IMG/VR virus record: IMGVR_UViG_3300025137_000018
Span: 1-64,000 of that record
From: a virus
Direction: 5' to 3' (one strand)
DNA: 64,000 nucleotides
The notes under the pieces were generated by a model. It saw only the letters and a program-made list of their open reading frames with translations. It was not told the origin of the DNA and did not search any database. Each line of letters starts with the position of its first letter. Position 1 is the stretch's first letter. This document shows positions 39,582-48,221 of the stretch, one piece after another. The position numbers and the translations under genes were made by a program.

Positions 39582-40142
39582 ATGGAACAACTTTTTCACA
39601 AACACATTATTAAAATAACAGGTATTATTTGTTTACCTTTATTACTAGCTTTCTTTTTTTCAAAAGTTCAAGCCGAAGATCATAACTATACATGGCATGG
39701 TCATACTATGGAATTAAACCCAGAATTACAAGATTCACAATACTGTTTGGCCAAGAACATTTATTTTGAAGCTGGTAATCAACCAGTTGCTGGTAAAATT
39801 GCAGTCGCACAAGTAGTTCAGAATAGAGTTATAAACAAAAATTATCCAAATAATATTTGTGATGTTGTATATCAAGCAAAATTAAAAGAAAATTGGAAAG
39901 GTAATCTTATTCCAGTTAGGCATATGTGCCAGTTCAGTTGGTTCTGTGACGGTAAATCAGATGATCCAGTTGATAGTGCAACTTGGATGTTTTCTTTATT
40001 AGTTGCTGATTCCGTTATGAATGGAGAGTATGGCGATATTACCGAAGGGGCAACTCACTACCATGCAGACTCAGTATATCCTTATTGGGCTGAGTCTTTA
40101 AATCAAACAGTTATAATCAACAATCACACGTTTTATAAATAG
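39582..40142 (+). CDS. SleB-like cell wall hydrolase with N-terminal TM/signal
   Basis: CLAKNIYFEA, AVAQVVQNRV, CQFSW.CDG, GATHYHA. Confidence 0.92.
   Translation: MEQLFHKHIIKITGIICLPLLLAFFFSKVQAEDHNYTWHGHTMELNPELQDSQYCLAKNIYFEAGNQPVAGKIAVAQVVQNRVINKNYPNNICDVVYQAKLKENWKGNLIPVRHMCQFSWFCDGKSDDPVDSATWMFSLLVADSVMNGEYGDITEGATHYHADSVYPYWAESLNQTVIINNHTFYK
40134..40141 (+). promoter_or_regulatory. Late promoter TATAAATA (GroES)
   Basis: Consensus directly upstream of the co-chaperonin. Confidence 0.65.
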
Positions 40143-40159
40143 ATAATAGGAGAATAATT

Positions 40160-40411
40160 ATGAAAATGATTGGAACAAACGTCTTAGTAACAGAGACAGC
40201 AAAGGAAGATACTACTGCAGGTGGTATCATTTTAACAGCAGATACGACCAAAGGGTCTAAACCCGCACTAGTACTTTTAGTAGGACCAGATGTAGTTGAT
40301 GTAGCCAAAGGAGATAGAGTATATCTTGATTGGCCAAATGCTATGCCAGTAGATATAGAAGGAAAGGCCGGTGCAATAATCGATATGGAACATATCAAGG
40401 CAGTAGTATAA
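40160..40411 (+). CDS. groES: GroES-like co-chaperonin
   Basis: Mobile loop TTAGGIILT, VGPDV..V.KGD.V. Confidence 0.85.
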   Translation: MKMIGTNVLVTETAKEDTTAGGIILTADTTKGSKPALVLLVGPDVVDVAKGDRVYLDWPNAMPVDIEGKAGAIIDMEHIKAVV

Positions 40412-40833
40412 TGTATACTTATAACGTAACAGTAACAAGAATAGTAGATGGAGATACAGTCGACGTAGATGTCGATTTAGGCTTCGGAATGGTTTATAAA
40501 AAGCAAAGAGTAAGAATGCTAGGTATTGATACACCTGAATCTAGAACTAGAAATCTAGAAGAAAAGTATTACGGTAAACAATCAAAGTATTTCTTAGAAA
40601 GTTTATTAAAGGATGCTGATGTAAGATTAGTATCACATGATAAAGGAAAATTTGGTAGAATTCTAGGTGAACTATTTATTTATGGAAACATGGATAAATC
40701 TGTAAATCAGATAATGATTGATAACTATCATGCAGTACCATACTTTGGTCAATCCAAAGATGATACTGAACAAGGACACTTGTGGAATAAGCAAGCTCTA
40801 AATGAACAAGGTATTATATATCAACCAAAATAA
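40411..40833 (+). CDS. Thermonuclease (SNase-like)
   Basis: RIVDGDTVD, RVRMLGIDTPES, GKFGRILG; true start likely 40411. Confidence 0.9.
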   Translation: MYTYNVTVTRIVDGDTVDVDVDLGFGMVYKKQRVRMLGIDTPESRTRNLEEKYYGKQSKYFLESLLKDADVRLVSHDKGKFGRILGELFIYGNMDKSVNQIMIDNYHAVPYFGQSKDDTEQGHLWNKQALNEQGIIYQPK

Positions 40834-40845
40834 TCAAAAAAAGTG

Positions 40846-40874
40846 TGTACAATTGAATAAAACTATGGTATAAT
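40846..40874 (+). promoter_or_regulatory. Promoter TGTACA-N14-TGGTATAAT heading the DNA-modification cluster
   Basis: Repeated promoter family. Confidence 0.85.
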
Positions 40875-40900
40875 AGTACTATAAACAGAAAGGTTATATT

Positions 40901-41239
40901 ATGAAAGAATCACTAAAAGTATTACAAGAATGTGCCGAACTTCAGGCCAAGAAAAGTAATGACTATCAAAATCCAAACTCCAGGATTAAACAAGCAGATT
41001 ATTACCCTCGCGGTGTAGCTTCAATCCTGGATATTATCCATGCTAAAACACTCAGAATGTTCTCAGTACTAGAAGCTATGGAATCAGATCCCAATTACAA
41101 CCCTAACTTTGAATCACTAGAAGACTCTGGTAAAGATTTAATTAACTATGCTTCGTTTATGGTTGCATATATGAGAGGTGGAATCGACGGCCAATCAGAA
41201 AACAATGACTTTTTAAATAGGAACAAAAATGAATCTTGA
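40901..41239 (+). CDS. Nucleotide-modification-associated helical protein (DUF1599/Nmad-like)
   Basis: KKSNDY...K..R...ESLEDS..DLINYA pattern; adjacent to the hydroxymethylase. Confidence 0.65.
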   Translation: MKESLKVLQECAELQAKKSNDYQNPNSRIKQADYYPRGVASILDIIHAKTLRMFSVLEAMESDPNYNPNFESLEDSGKDLINYASFMVAYMRGGIDGQSENNDFLNRNKNES

Positions 41240-41894
41240 AATAGATCAATTAAGAACTTACTTTAGTAACGAACTTCGTAATGAAAGATTTACGGTGGAC
41301 AGAAATGGTAGTAAAACAATTGAACTAATTGGTGCTTCGTTTTATGCTGATGAACCAGCTATATATGGTGTTCCAAACAAAGCTTATATTGATGCAGAAC
41401 TAAATTGGTACAACAGCCAATCTACAAACATTAATGATATCTATTTAGATAGCGATAAAGAACCACCAGCAGCATGGAAGATGACTGCTAACGAACACGG
41501 TGAGATTAATTCAAATTATGGTCATTTAATTTATTCTGATAAGTATGGTGCACAGTTTGATATGGCACTAACTGAATTGTTACAAAATCCAGATTCACGT
41601 AGAGCATCAATGATCTATACACGACCAAGTATATGGTGTGAATATAATGAAAATGGTAAAAACGACTTTATATGTACAAACTCTGTTACATACTATATCC
41701 GTGAAGGTAAACTAAATTGTGTAGTACAAATGCGATCTAATGATGTTATCTTTGGTTATCGTAATGATTATGCATGGCAAAAAGCAGTACTTGATGATAT
41801 GGCAGGAATGCTAACAATATCTCCAGGCGAAATCGTTTGGCAAGTACAAAACTTACATGTATACGAAAGACATTTTGATTTGGTAAATGCATGA
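41229..41894 (+). CDS. gp42: dCMP hydroxymethylase (T4 gp42-like, thymidylate synthase fold)
   Basis: INSNYG, SRRASMIYTRPS, DFICTN, MRSNDVIFGYRNDYAWQ, NLHVYERHF closely match T4 gp42, including the dCMP-specifying Asp. Confidence 0.9.
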   Translation: MNLEIDQLRTYFSNELRNERFTVDRNGSKTIELIGASFYADEPAIYGVPNKAYIDAELNWYNSQSTNINDIYLDSDKEPPAAWKMTANEHGEINSNYGHLIYSDKYGAQFDMALTELLQNPDSRRASMIYTRPSIWCEYNENGKNDFICTNSVTYYIREGKLNCVVQMRSNDVIFGYRNDYAWQKAVLDDMAGMLTISPGEIVWQVQNLHVYERHFDLVNA

Positions 41895-42334
41895 ACAATA
41901 AATGGGACAATAGATACTTAAACCTAGCAAGGGAAGTTTCAACTTGGTCAAAAGATCCAAGTACTCAAGTAGGTGCAGTAGCAATTGGAGAAATGGGGCA
42001 AGTATTAGCACAAGGTTACAATGGATTCCCTAGGGGTGTTAATGATTCTCTTGAAAGATATAACGATAAAGAAGTTAAATACCGATACGTAGTTCATGCA
42101 GAAATGAATTGTATCTATAATGCTACATTTACTGGAGCATCTCTAAACAATGCTACAATGTATGTTTGGGGTTTACCAGTTTGCAATGAATGTGCAAAGG
42201 GTTTAGCTCAAGTTGGAGTTAAGAGAGTAGTATCACCTAAGACGATTGCAGATGTACCAGACAAATGGAAGATATCAGCAATTAACACAGTTGATTTATT
42301 AAAGGAGGTTGGTATAACATATGACTTCATTTAA
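41891..42334 (+). CDS. cd: dCMP deaminase
   Basis: SKDPSTQVGA, GYNGFPRG, HAEMN, PVCNEC. Confidence 0.92.
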   Translation: MNNKWDNRYLNLAREVSTWSKDPSTQVGAVAIGEMGQVLAQGYNGFPRGVNDSLERYNDKEVKYRYVVHAEMNCIYNATFTGASLNNATMYVWGLPVCNECAKGLAQVGVKRVVSPKTIADVPDKWKISAINTVDLLKEVGITYDFI

Positions 42335-42575
42335 TGAACAATTACTGTATAAGAAAAATAGAAATAACTCTAAGTTTAAAGATTATACTAAGGAAGATTT
42401 AGAAAATCGTATCGAAAATTTTCAAAAAGATTTAGCTAGATTACACGTACTTAATGCTCCAGAATCAATAAAACAAAATACACAAAATATGCTTGGAGAG
42501 ATTGTAAAAGAATATAAGCTGAGATATGATAAAGGTGAATTTCAATACACAGGAGAAATCTCAAAAAATGGTTGA
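42321..42575 (+). CDS. Hypothetical protein
   Basis: 84 aa, AGGAGG SD. Confidence 0.65.
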   Translation: MTSFNEQLLYKKNRNNSKFKDYTKEDLENRIENFQKDLARLHVLNAPESIKQNTQNMLGEIVKEYKLRYDKGEFQYTGEISKNG

Positions 42576-42867
42576 TTACACACAAGAAGAATTAGCTAAT
42601 TCTAAAAGAATTTTTAAATCGGCAACACCTAAGTATACTTTAGATTGGTATATTAAATGGGTAGCATCAATTGTGGTTTTAGCTGCAATGTCAATACGAG
42701 GTGTCGAAGGATTTCAAATATGGGACTTAGGTCTTAGTGTCATAGGAATATTTCTATGGTTAATAGTATCGGTTTTATGGAAAGATAGAGCACTCATTTT
42801 ATTAAATGGTGCTGGATTATTTTTATTAATAAAAAACTTAGTAACGCATTTAGTAAACGGAGGATAA
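42568..42867 (+). CDS. Small three-TM membrane protein
   Basis: DWYIKW...W..VS.LWKDRALILLN; likely start 42568. Confidence 0.7.
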   Translation: MVDYTQEELANSKRIFKSATPKYTLDWYIKWVASIVVLAAMSIRGVEGFQIWDLGLSVIGIFLWLIVSVLWKDRALILLNGAGLFLLIKNLVTHLVNGG

Positions 42868-43701
42868 ATGGAACACTTAATTATACCTACATTAGGTAGG
42901 ATGGATAAACAAAGAACTTACGATAACTTACCAGAAAAGTATCAAAAACTGGTAAAATTTATAGTTCAAGATCATGAGTACGCTCCTATGAGAGAGCGAT
43001 ACGGAGATGCTGTAGTAAAACTACCTAAAGAAATTTCTAGGTTATCGCCAACACGACAATGGATATGGGACGAGTTTTATAGCACAAAGCACATGGTCTT
43101 AGACGATGACTTTGAGTACTTTAAATATAAAGGCCCAGCACCTGAAGGTATGGACACTAAATGGGAAACCAAGGATATGACAGAAGAAGAGTTTGATGAT
43201 GCTTTTGCCACATTCGACAAATGGATAAAAGAAGAAAAAATTTATCATGGCGGATTCTCAACATCTTGGGTTGTACCAGATCTAAAGTATTGGCCACATC
43301 AAAATAACGTAAGGATTATGACCAACTGTTATTTTGATTCTAAAAATTTACCAAGAAATCTTATATGGGATAGGTTAGAAACTTCTCAAGATTTTGATGC
43401 TAATCTTCAATTGCTTACTCAAGGGTTTGCAAATAGGATTACCACGAGGTATCGTGTTAGCGTAACAGCAACTAACACAGCAGGTGGTTGTTCAAATTAT
43501 AGAACAATTGAATTAAGTAATAAAGTGCATCAGCAATTAGCTGAAATTTATCCAGATTATGTTGCTCTAAAAAGCAAGGTATTGGCTAACGGACCATGGA
43601 AAGGACAAGACAGAATTACTTGTCATATTAGCTGGTCAAAAGCTTATAAAGATGCAATTAAAAAACAACAAGAATCAAGTTTGGAGACATTTTTCGGATG
43701 A
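42868..43701 (+). CDS. GT-A glycosyltransferase (GREB1/TET-associated-like), candidate hmC sugar transferase
   Basis: IIPTLGR, MVLDDD (DxD), SQDFDANLQLL..G, GGCS; C-terminal SLETFFG. Confidence 0.75.
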   Translation: MEHLIIPTLGRMDKQRTYDNLPEKYQKLVKFIVQDHEYAPMRERYGDAVVKLPKEISRLSPTRQWIWDEFYSTKHMVLDDDFEYFKYKGPAPEGMDTKWETKDMTEEEFDDAFATFDKWIKEEKIYHGGFSTSWVVPDLKYWPHQNNVRIMTNCYFDSKNLPRNLIWDRLETSQDFDANLQLLTQGFANRITTRYRVSVTATNTAGGCSNYRTIELSNKVHQQLAEIYPDYVALKSKVLANGPWKGQDRITCHISWSKAYKDAIKKQQESSLETFFG

Positions 43702-44906
43702 AACACGCAGGTATAGTACCACTAATTGGTGGTGAAATTTTGGCATCAGCAGATGCTTATGGAACAGACCCAGAATATTTAATGACATATTCTGGATTTA
43801 TGGCTAATGAAACACACCTTTTAAATTATTATAAGGAACAAGGAAAGGATATTCCGTATCATGTTTTAGATGAAACGTCCGAAAAAATGAAGAATGTGGA
43901 CATTGTTTCCTCAGTTTGTCCATGTGCTGGATTAAGTACTTATCATAACTCACACGGTGAACAGAACGAAAACAATCAGTGGATGGAAAAATCATCTGAA
44001 TATGTTTTAAAGGAAGTTAAACCAAAGGTATTATGGGGAGAGAACGCACCAGGATTATCTGGAAAGATTGGTAAATTTATGAGAGAAAAGCTCTATAAGA
44101 TCGGCCAAGATAATGGATATAACTTTTCAATTTATTTAACTAAAAGTTTACAGCATGGTAATCCACAGTACCGTAAAAGAACATTCTTTTTCTTTTGGAA
44201 AAAAGATGAATTTAACGATAGGATTCCATTATTTAATTATTATAATAAAGAAAGACCTATGATTCAAGATCTAATTAAAGGCGTTGATACTAACTTTCAA
44301 ACACAGGTATTAAATACTAAAACACCTTCGCAGGATGATCCATATTATAAGTACACCTTAGAAGTTGAATCTAAATGTACTCATGCTGAATTTGTTGAAA
44401 GACATTCACACGAGGAAAAATCTATTAATGTAGAATCTAGGTTAATGAAACTTGGTCATGATCATCTTAAACTTGCTGAATGGATGGATCAATATCCTCA
44501 ATTTGAAAGAGAAGCTGCAAAGGCTAGACGTAAAGCTGGAAAGATTGCATCAGGCGGTGGAATCATGCTTAGAGGTACAATTATTCCAATTAATTACATT
44601 GGTGCATTCGTTGTACATTTACCTAAAGTTATTGCACACCCAACAGAAGATAGATACTTAAATGTTGCTGAAGGGAAAGCTATTATGGGATTACCTTTGG
44701 ATATGGAAGTGCTAGATGTTGAAAAGAATTATAATCATATTTGCCAAAACGTTCCATTTGCTACAGCAAGGGATATGGCAGTAGAGGTTAAATCAGTATT
44801 AGAAGGTAAAAGAGATAGTGTTGAAACTACCTACTTATTCCAAAATAATTTAAACAGAAGTTATGATTATAAAAGAGAAGAAAATAGTTTAGAGGCGTTC
44901 TTATGA
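43698..44906 (+). CDS. Atypical C5 cytosine methyltransferase-fold protein
   Basis: Motif IV PCAGLS, motif VI ENAP, motif VIII Q.RKRTFF; motif I degenerate (PLIGG); C-terminal SLEAFL. Confidence 0.75.
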   Translation: MKHAGIVPLIGGEILASADAYGTDPEYLMTYSGFMANETHLLNYYKEQGKDIPYHVLDETSEKMKNVDIVSSVCPCAGLSTYHNSHGEQNENNQWMEKSSEYVLKEVKPKVLWGENAPGLSGKIGKFMREKLYKIGQDNGYNFSIYLTKSLQHGNPQYRKRTFFFFWKKDEFNDRIPLFNYYNKERPMIQDLIKGVDTNFQTQVLNTKTPSQDDPYYKYTLEVESKCTHAEFVERHSHEEKSINVESRLMKLGHDHLKLAEWMDQYPQFEREAAKARRKAGKIASGGGIMLRGTIIPINYIGAFVVHLPKVIAHPTEDRYLNVAEGKAIMGLPLDMEVLDVEKNYNHICQNVPFATARDMAVEVKSVLEGKRDSVETTYLFQNNLNRSYDYKREENSLEAFL

Positions 44907-45679
44907 AAATCTTATTAACAGGAAGCAAAAGCGGGCCAAGAAAAGGTTTTATTGCAAGTAGATTTGCTAAGAAATTTAAAGATGAATATGATATTGTAGA
45001 GTACACTGCAGACATTAGAAATGCAGAAGGTATCATTGTAAGTGATTTTGATTTAGTAATACATCTTGCAGCACTAGCTGGTGTTAGAAGATCTCACGAA
45101 ATTCCTCAAGAATATTGGAAAACAAATGTAACTGCATCTAAATATATTTTTGAAGCTTGTGAAAAAGCTAATGTTCCAATCATATATGCTTCATCATCTA
45201 GTGTTTACGAATGGTGGTTATCTCCTTATGCTTCTACTAAGTATGCTATGGAGGCTATAGCACCTAAGAACTCTATTGGATTAAGATTCCATACGGTATA
45301 CGGTCCTAACAGCAGGCCAGATATGTTATACGATGCACTTTTAAGAAAAGATCCTAAGTTAACTTATTTAACTAATCACACAAGAGATTGGACTCATGTA
45401 GATGATGTATGTAATGCTATAGATATTTGCATAACATATTTTGATCGTATAGTTCATCATAAAGCAATTGATGTTGGTAATGGTAAACCTGTTACAGTAA
45501 AAGAAATGGCTGATAAAGTTTGGCCAGAGAATAATTTACCACTAAAAGAAGTTACTGGTGAACGACAAGATACATGTGCTGATCCATCAATTTTAACTAA
45601 ATACGGTTGGGTTGCTAATCACCATGTATTAGAAGAAACAACAAAACAATTAGAATTAAACTCGGAAGGTATTATATAA
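44903..45679 (+). CDS. NAD-dependent epimerase, UDP-glucuronate 4-epimerase-like
   Basis: HLAALAGVRRS, ASSSSVY, YASTK, LRFHTVYGP..RPDM, RDWTHVDD. Confidence 0.85.
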   Translation: MKILLTGSKSGPRKGFIASRFAKKFKDEYDIVEYTADIRNAEGIIVSDFDLVIHLAALAGVRRSHEIPQEYWKTNVTASKYIFEACEKANVPIIYASSSSVYEWWLSPYASTKYAMEAIAPKNSIGLRFHTVYGPNSRPDMLYDALLRKDPKLTYLTNHTRDWTHVDDVCNAIDICITYFDRIVHHKAIDVGNGKPVTVKEMADKVWPENNLPLKEVTGERQDTCADPSILTKYGWVANHHVLEETTKQLELNSEGII

Positions 45680-46533
45680 TGAAATTAGCAATTATAGGAC
45701 ATGGCTTTGTAGGTAAAGCAGTTGATTATGGATTTAGTAATCAGTTAGTAAAAAAGAAAATTATAGATCCAAACTATGGCCATAATAATAACGATCAACG
45801 CAAATTAAAAGATTGGAAACCTGATGTAATTTTTGTGTGTGTTCCTACACCTATGGGCAACGATGGTAATATCAATAGTAGTATTTTAAAATCTGTAATG
45901 GATAATCTTGATGAATGTGTAAAAGAAACATTAATTGTAATTAAATCAACTGTTACACCAGATGTAATAAGTAACTATAAATATTGGAATAACGTAGTAT
46001 ATAATCCAGAGTTTTTAACAGAAAAATCAGCATGTGAACAATTTGTAAATCCTGAGTTTCATATCTTTGGTGGTGAGTCATATAATACTGAAAAGTTAGA
46101 AGAATATTATGAAAAATATAGTTTATGTACTCCATGCCCATCTTATCATATGAACCATGAAGAAGCTTCTTTGGTTAAATACTCAATCAATTCATTCCTA
46201 GCAACTAAGATTACGTTTTTTAATCAACTCTACGATCTGTGCAGAATTAACGGCAATGTTAATTTCAATACTATTATTAAAGCAGTTGGTGCTGATAATA
46301 GAATTGCACCATCGCATACTAAAGTTCCAGGATTTGATGGAAAGCAAGGATACGGCGGTGCATGTTTTCCTAAAGATACTTTGGCTTTTGCAAAATTCAG
46401 CAATGAACTTTCTCTCTTAGCTAAAGCAATTGAGATAAACAATGATTATAGATCTCAATACGAAAGAGACGAAAGAGAAAAAGAACAAAATATTCAATTT
46501 AACCATGTACATTCAACCAAAAGTATGGTATAA
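45679..46533 (+). CDS. UDP-glucose 6-dehydrogenase-like, lacking the C-terminal domain
   Basis: [30 protein letters not shown]. Confidence 0.9.
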   Translation: MKLAIIGHGFVGKAVDYGFSNQLVKKKIIDPNYGHNNNDQRKLKDWKPDVIFVCVPTPMGNDGNINSSILKSVMDNLDECVKETLIVIKSTVTPDVISNYKYWNNVVYNPEFLTEKSACEQFVNPEFHIFGGESYNTEKLEEYYEKYSLCTPCPSYHMNHEEASLVKYSINSFLATKITFFNQLYDLCRINGNVNFNTIIKAVGADNRIAPSHTKVPGFDGKQGYGGACFPKDTLAFAKFSNELSLLAKAIEINNDYRSQYERDEREKEQNIQFNHVHSTKSMV

Positions 46534-46534
46534 T
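46506..46534 (+). promoter_or_regulatory. Promoter TGTACA-N14-TGGTATAAT (bS21-uvsX-gp41)
   Basis: Repeated promoter family, embedded in the 3' end of the dehydrogenase gene. Confidence 0.82.
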
Positions 46535-46559
46535 AACTATATTATTAATAAGGAGAAAT

Positions 46560-46817
46560 ATGCCAAGCGTAGATTTAAGACCTCGTAAGAGGCACCCAAA
46601 AGACAAAAGACCATCAACCGAAATGCCATTCGATGTTGCTCTTAGAAAATTTAGAAAAGCAGTTGAAAGAGCTGGAACTCTTCAGGATATAAGACGAAAA
46701 GAGTTTTATGAAAAGCCAACTGCTAAAAAGAAAAGGAAAAAAGCAGAAGCCTTAGCCAGATGGCGTAAAAAAGAACGCTCCATGCAATTAAGACCAGAAC
46801 GTGGTCGAGGAAAATAA
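46560..46817 (+). CDS. rpsU: Phage-encoded ribosomal protein bS21
   Basis: [18 protein letters not shown]...[14 protein letters not shown]; AAGGAG SD. Confidence 0.92.
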   Translation: MPSVDLRPRKRHPKDKRPSTEMPFDVALRKFRKAVERAGTLQDIRRKEFYEKPTAKKKRKKAEALARWRKKERSMQLRPERGRGK

Positions 46818-46819
46818 TA

Positions 46820-47887
46820 ATGGGAATAATGGATAAACTTAAAAAGAACTCTAGAATTAAAGGTACTGATATTCTAGAAAAGTCAATATACTTTGGTGAA
46901 AAGGATATAGTTACAACAAGTGTACCAATGATAAACGTCGCACTTTCAGGAGATGTCGATGGTGGTTTATCATCTGGTCTAACAGTTTTAGCAGGTCCAA
47001 GTAAACATTTTAAAACCTCGTTTGCATTACTAATGGCTGGAGCATATATGAAAGAACATGACGATGCTGTTATGTTGTTTTATGATTCAGAATTTGGTTC
47101 ACCACAATCTTACTTTGAGTCCTTTGGAATTGATATTTCAAGGGTATTACACACACCAATCACAGACGTAGAACAACTAAAGTTTGATTTAGTTAATCAA
47201 TTAGATACGATTGAAAGAGACGATAAGGTTATTGTCGTAATCGATTCTATTGGTAACTTAGCTTCTAAGAAAGAATTAGAAGATGCATTAAACGAAAAAT
47301 CAGTTGCTGACATGTCAAGAGCTAAAGCACTAAAGGGATTGTTTAGAATGGTCACTCCTTATCTGACTATGAAGAACATCCCTTTACTTGCTGTTAATCA
47401 TACATACCAAGAAATTGGATTGTTTCCTAAAGCAGTTGTATCAGGTGGTACTGGAATTTACTATTCAGCTGATAACATTTGGATTATTGGTAGAAGGCAG
47501 AACAAGAAAGGATCCGAAGTTAAAGGATATGATTTTGTTGTTAATGTTGAGAAATCAAGGTTTGTAAAAGAAAAATCTAAGATTCCAATTAGTGTAACAT
47601 GGGAAGGTGGTATTTCAGAATACAGTGGCCTACTTGATGTAGCACTAGCTGGAAATTATGTTGCTAAACCAAGTAATGGTTGGTACTGTAGAGTTGATCA
47701 AGAAACCGGTGAACTGCTAGAACCAAAGGTAAGAGAAAAAGATACTCTTGATCAAAAATTTTGGAATCCAATTTTTGAAGGAACCGATTTTAAGAAATTT
47801 ATTAAAGGTCATTACCAAATTGGCCAGAAGCCATTAATTGCAATGGACGAAGATTTCACTGTACTTTCAGAGGAAGATGATGTATAA
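46820..47887 (+). CDS. uvsX: Recombinase UvsX
   Basis: AGPSKHFKT, FYDSEFG, DSIGNLASKKE, SGGTG.YYSAD. Confidence 0.97.
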   Translation: MGIMDKLKKNSRIKGTDILEKSIYFGEKDIVTTSVPMINVALSGDVDGGLSSGLTVLAGPSKHFKTSFALLMAGAYMKEHDDAVMLFYDSEFGSPQSYFESFGIDISRVLHTPITDVEQLKFDLVNQLDTIERDDKVIVVIDSIGNLASKKELEDALNEKSVADMSRAKALKGLFRMVTPYLTMKNIPLLAVNHTYQEIGLFPKAVVSGGTGIYYSADNIWIIGRRQNKKGSEVKGYDFVVNVEKSRFVKEKSKIPISVTWEGGISEYSGLLDVALAGNYVAKPSNGWYCRVDQETGELLEPKVREKDTLDQKFWNPIFEGTDFKKFIKGHYQIGQKPLIAMDEDFTVLSEEDDV

Positions 47888-48221
47888 TATATCAGATAGC
47901 GATTTTACACTAGTAGAAAATCCTGAATCAGATTTCTACGGTGTAAAGCTTTTAACCGGAAAGTACAAAGACGTTACAGTTGTTTACGGAAAGGTTTCAA
48001 TAAAAGAAAATGAAGAACTTGATATTGGAACCTTAGAGTTTACTTGGACATGCATTGATCCAGCTGAATTTAATAATAAAGAACTTAATAAGAATGAAGA
48101 GTTTAACAATCATTTAGGCGACGTACTTCAATATATTATATCTGATTCATTGGAAAAAAAGAAGGGACAAATTGGACATATCAACACAAATACCAACACA
48201 CGTACTAAATCATCTACTTAA
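47877..48221 (+). CDS. gp40: Head vertex assembly chaperone gp40-like
   Basis: Position between uvsX and gp41; G.YKDV.V.YGKV.I motif. Confidence 0.65.
   Translation: MMYNISDSDFTLVENPESDFYGVKLLTGKYKDVTVVYGKVSIKENEELDIGTLEFTWTCIDPAEFNNKELNKNEEFNNHLGDVLQYIISDSLEKKKGQIGHINTNTNTRTKSST

Noticed and set aside
41229-41894. Ordinary thymidylate synthase (ThyA)
   Set aside because: The RNDYAWQ Asp and surrounding motifs match dCMP hydroxymethylase gp42 rather than the Asn-containing ThyA.
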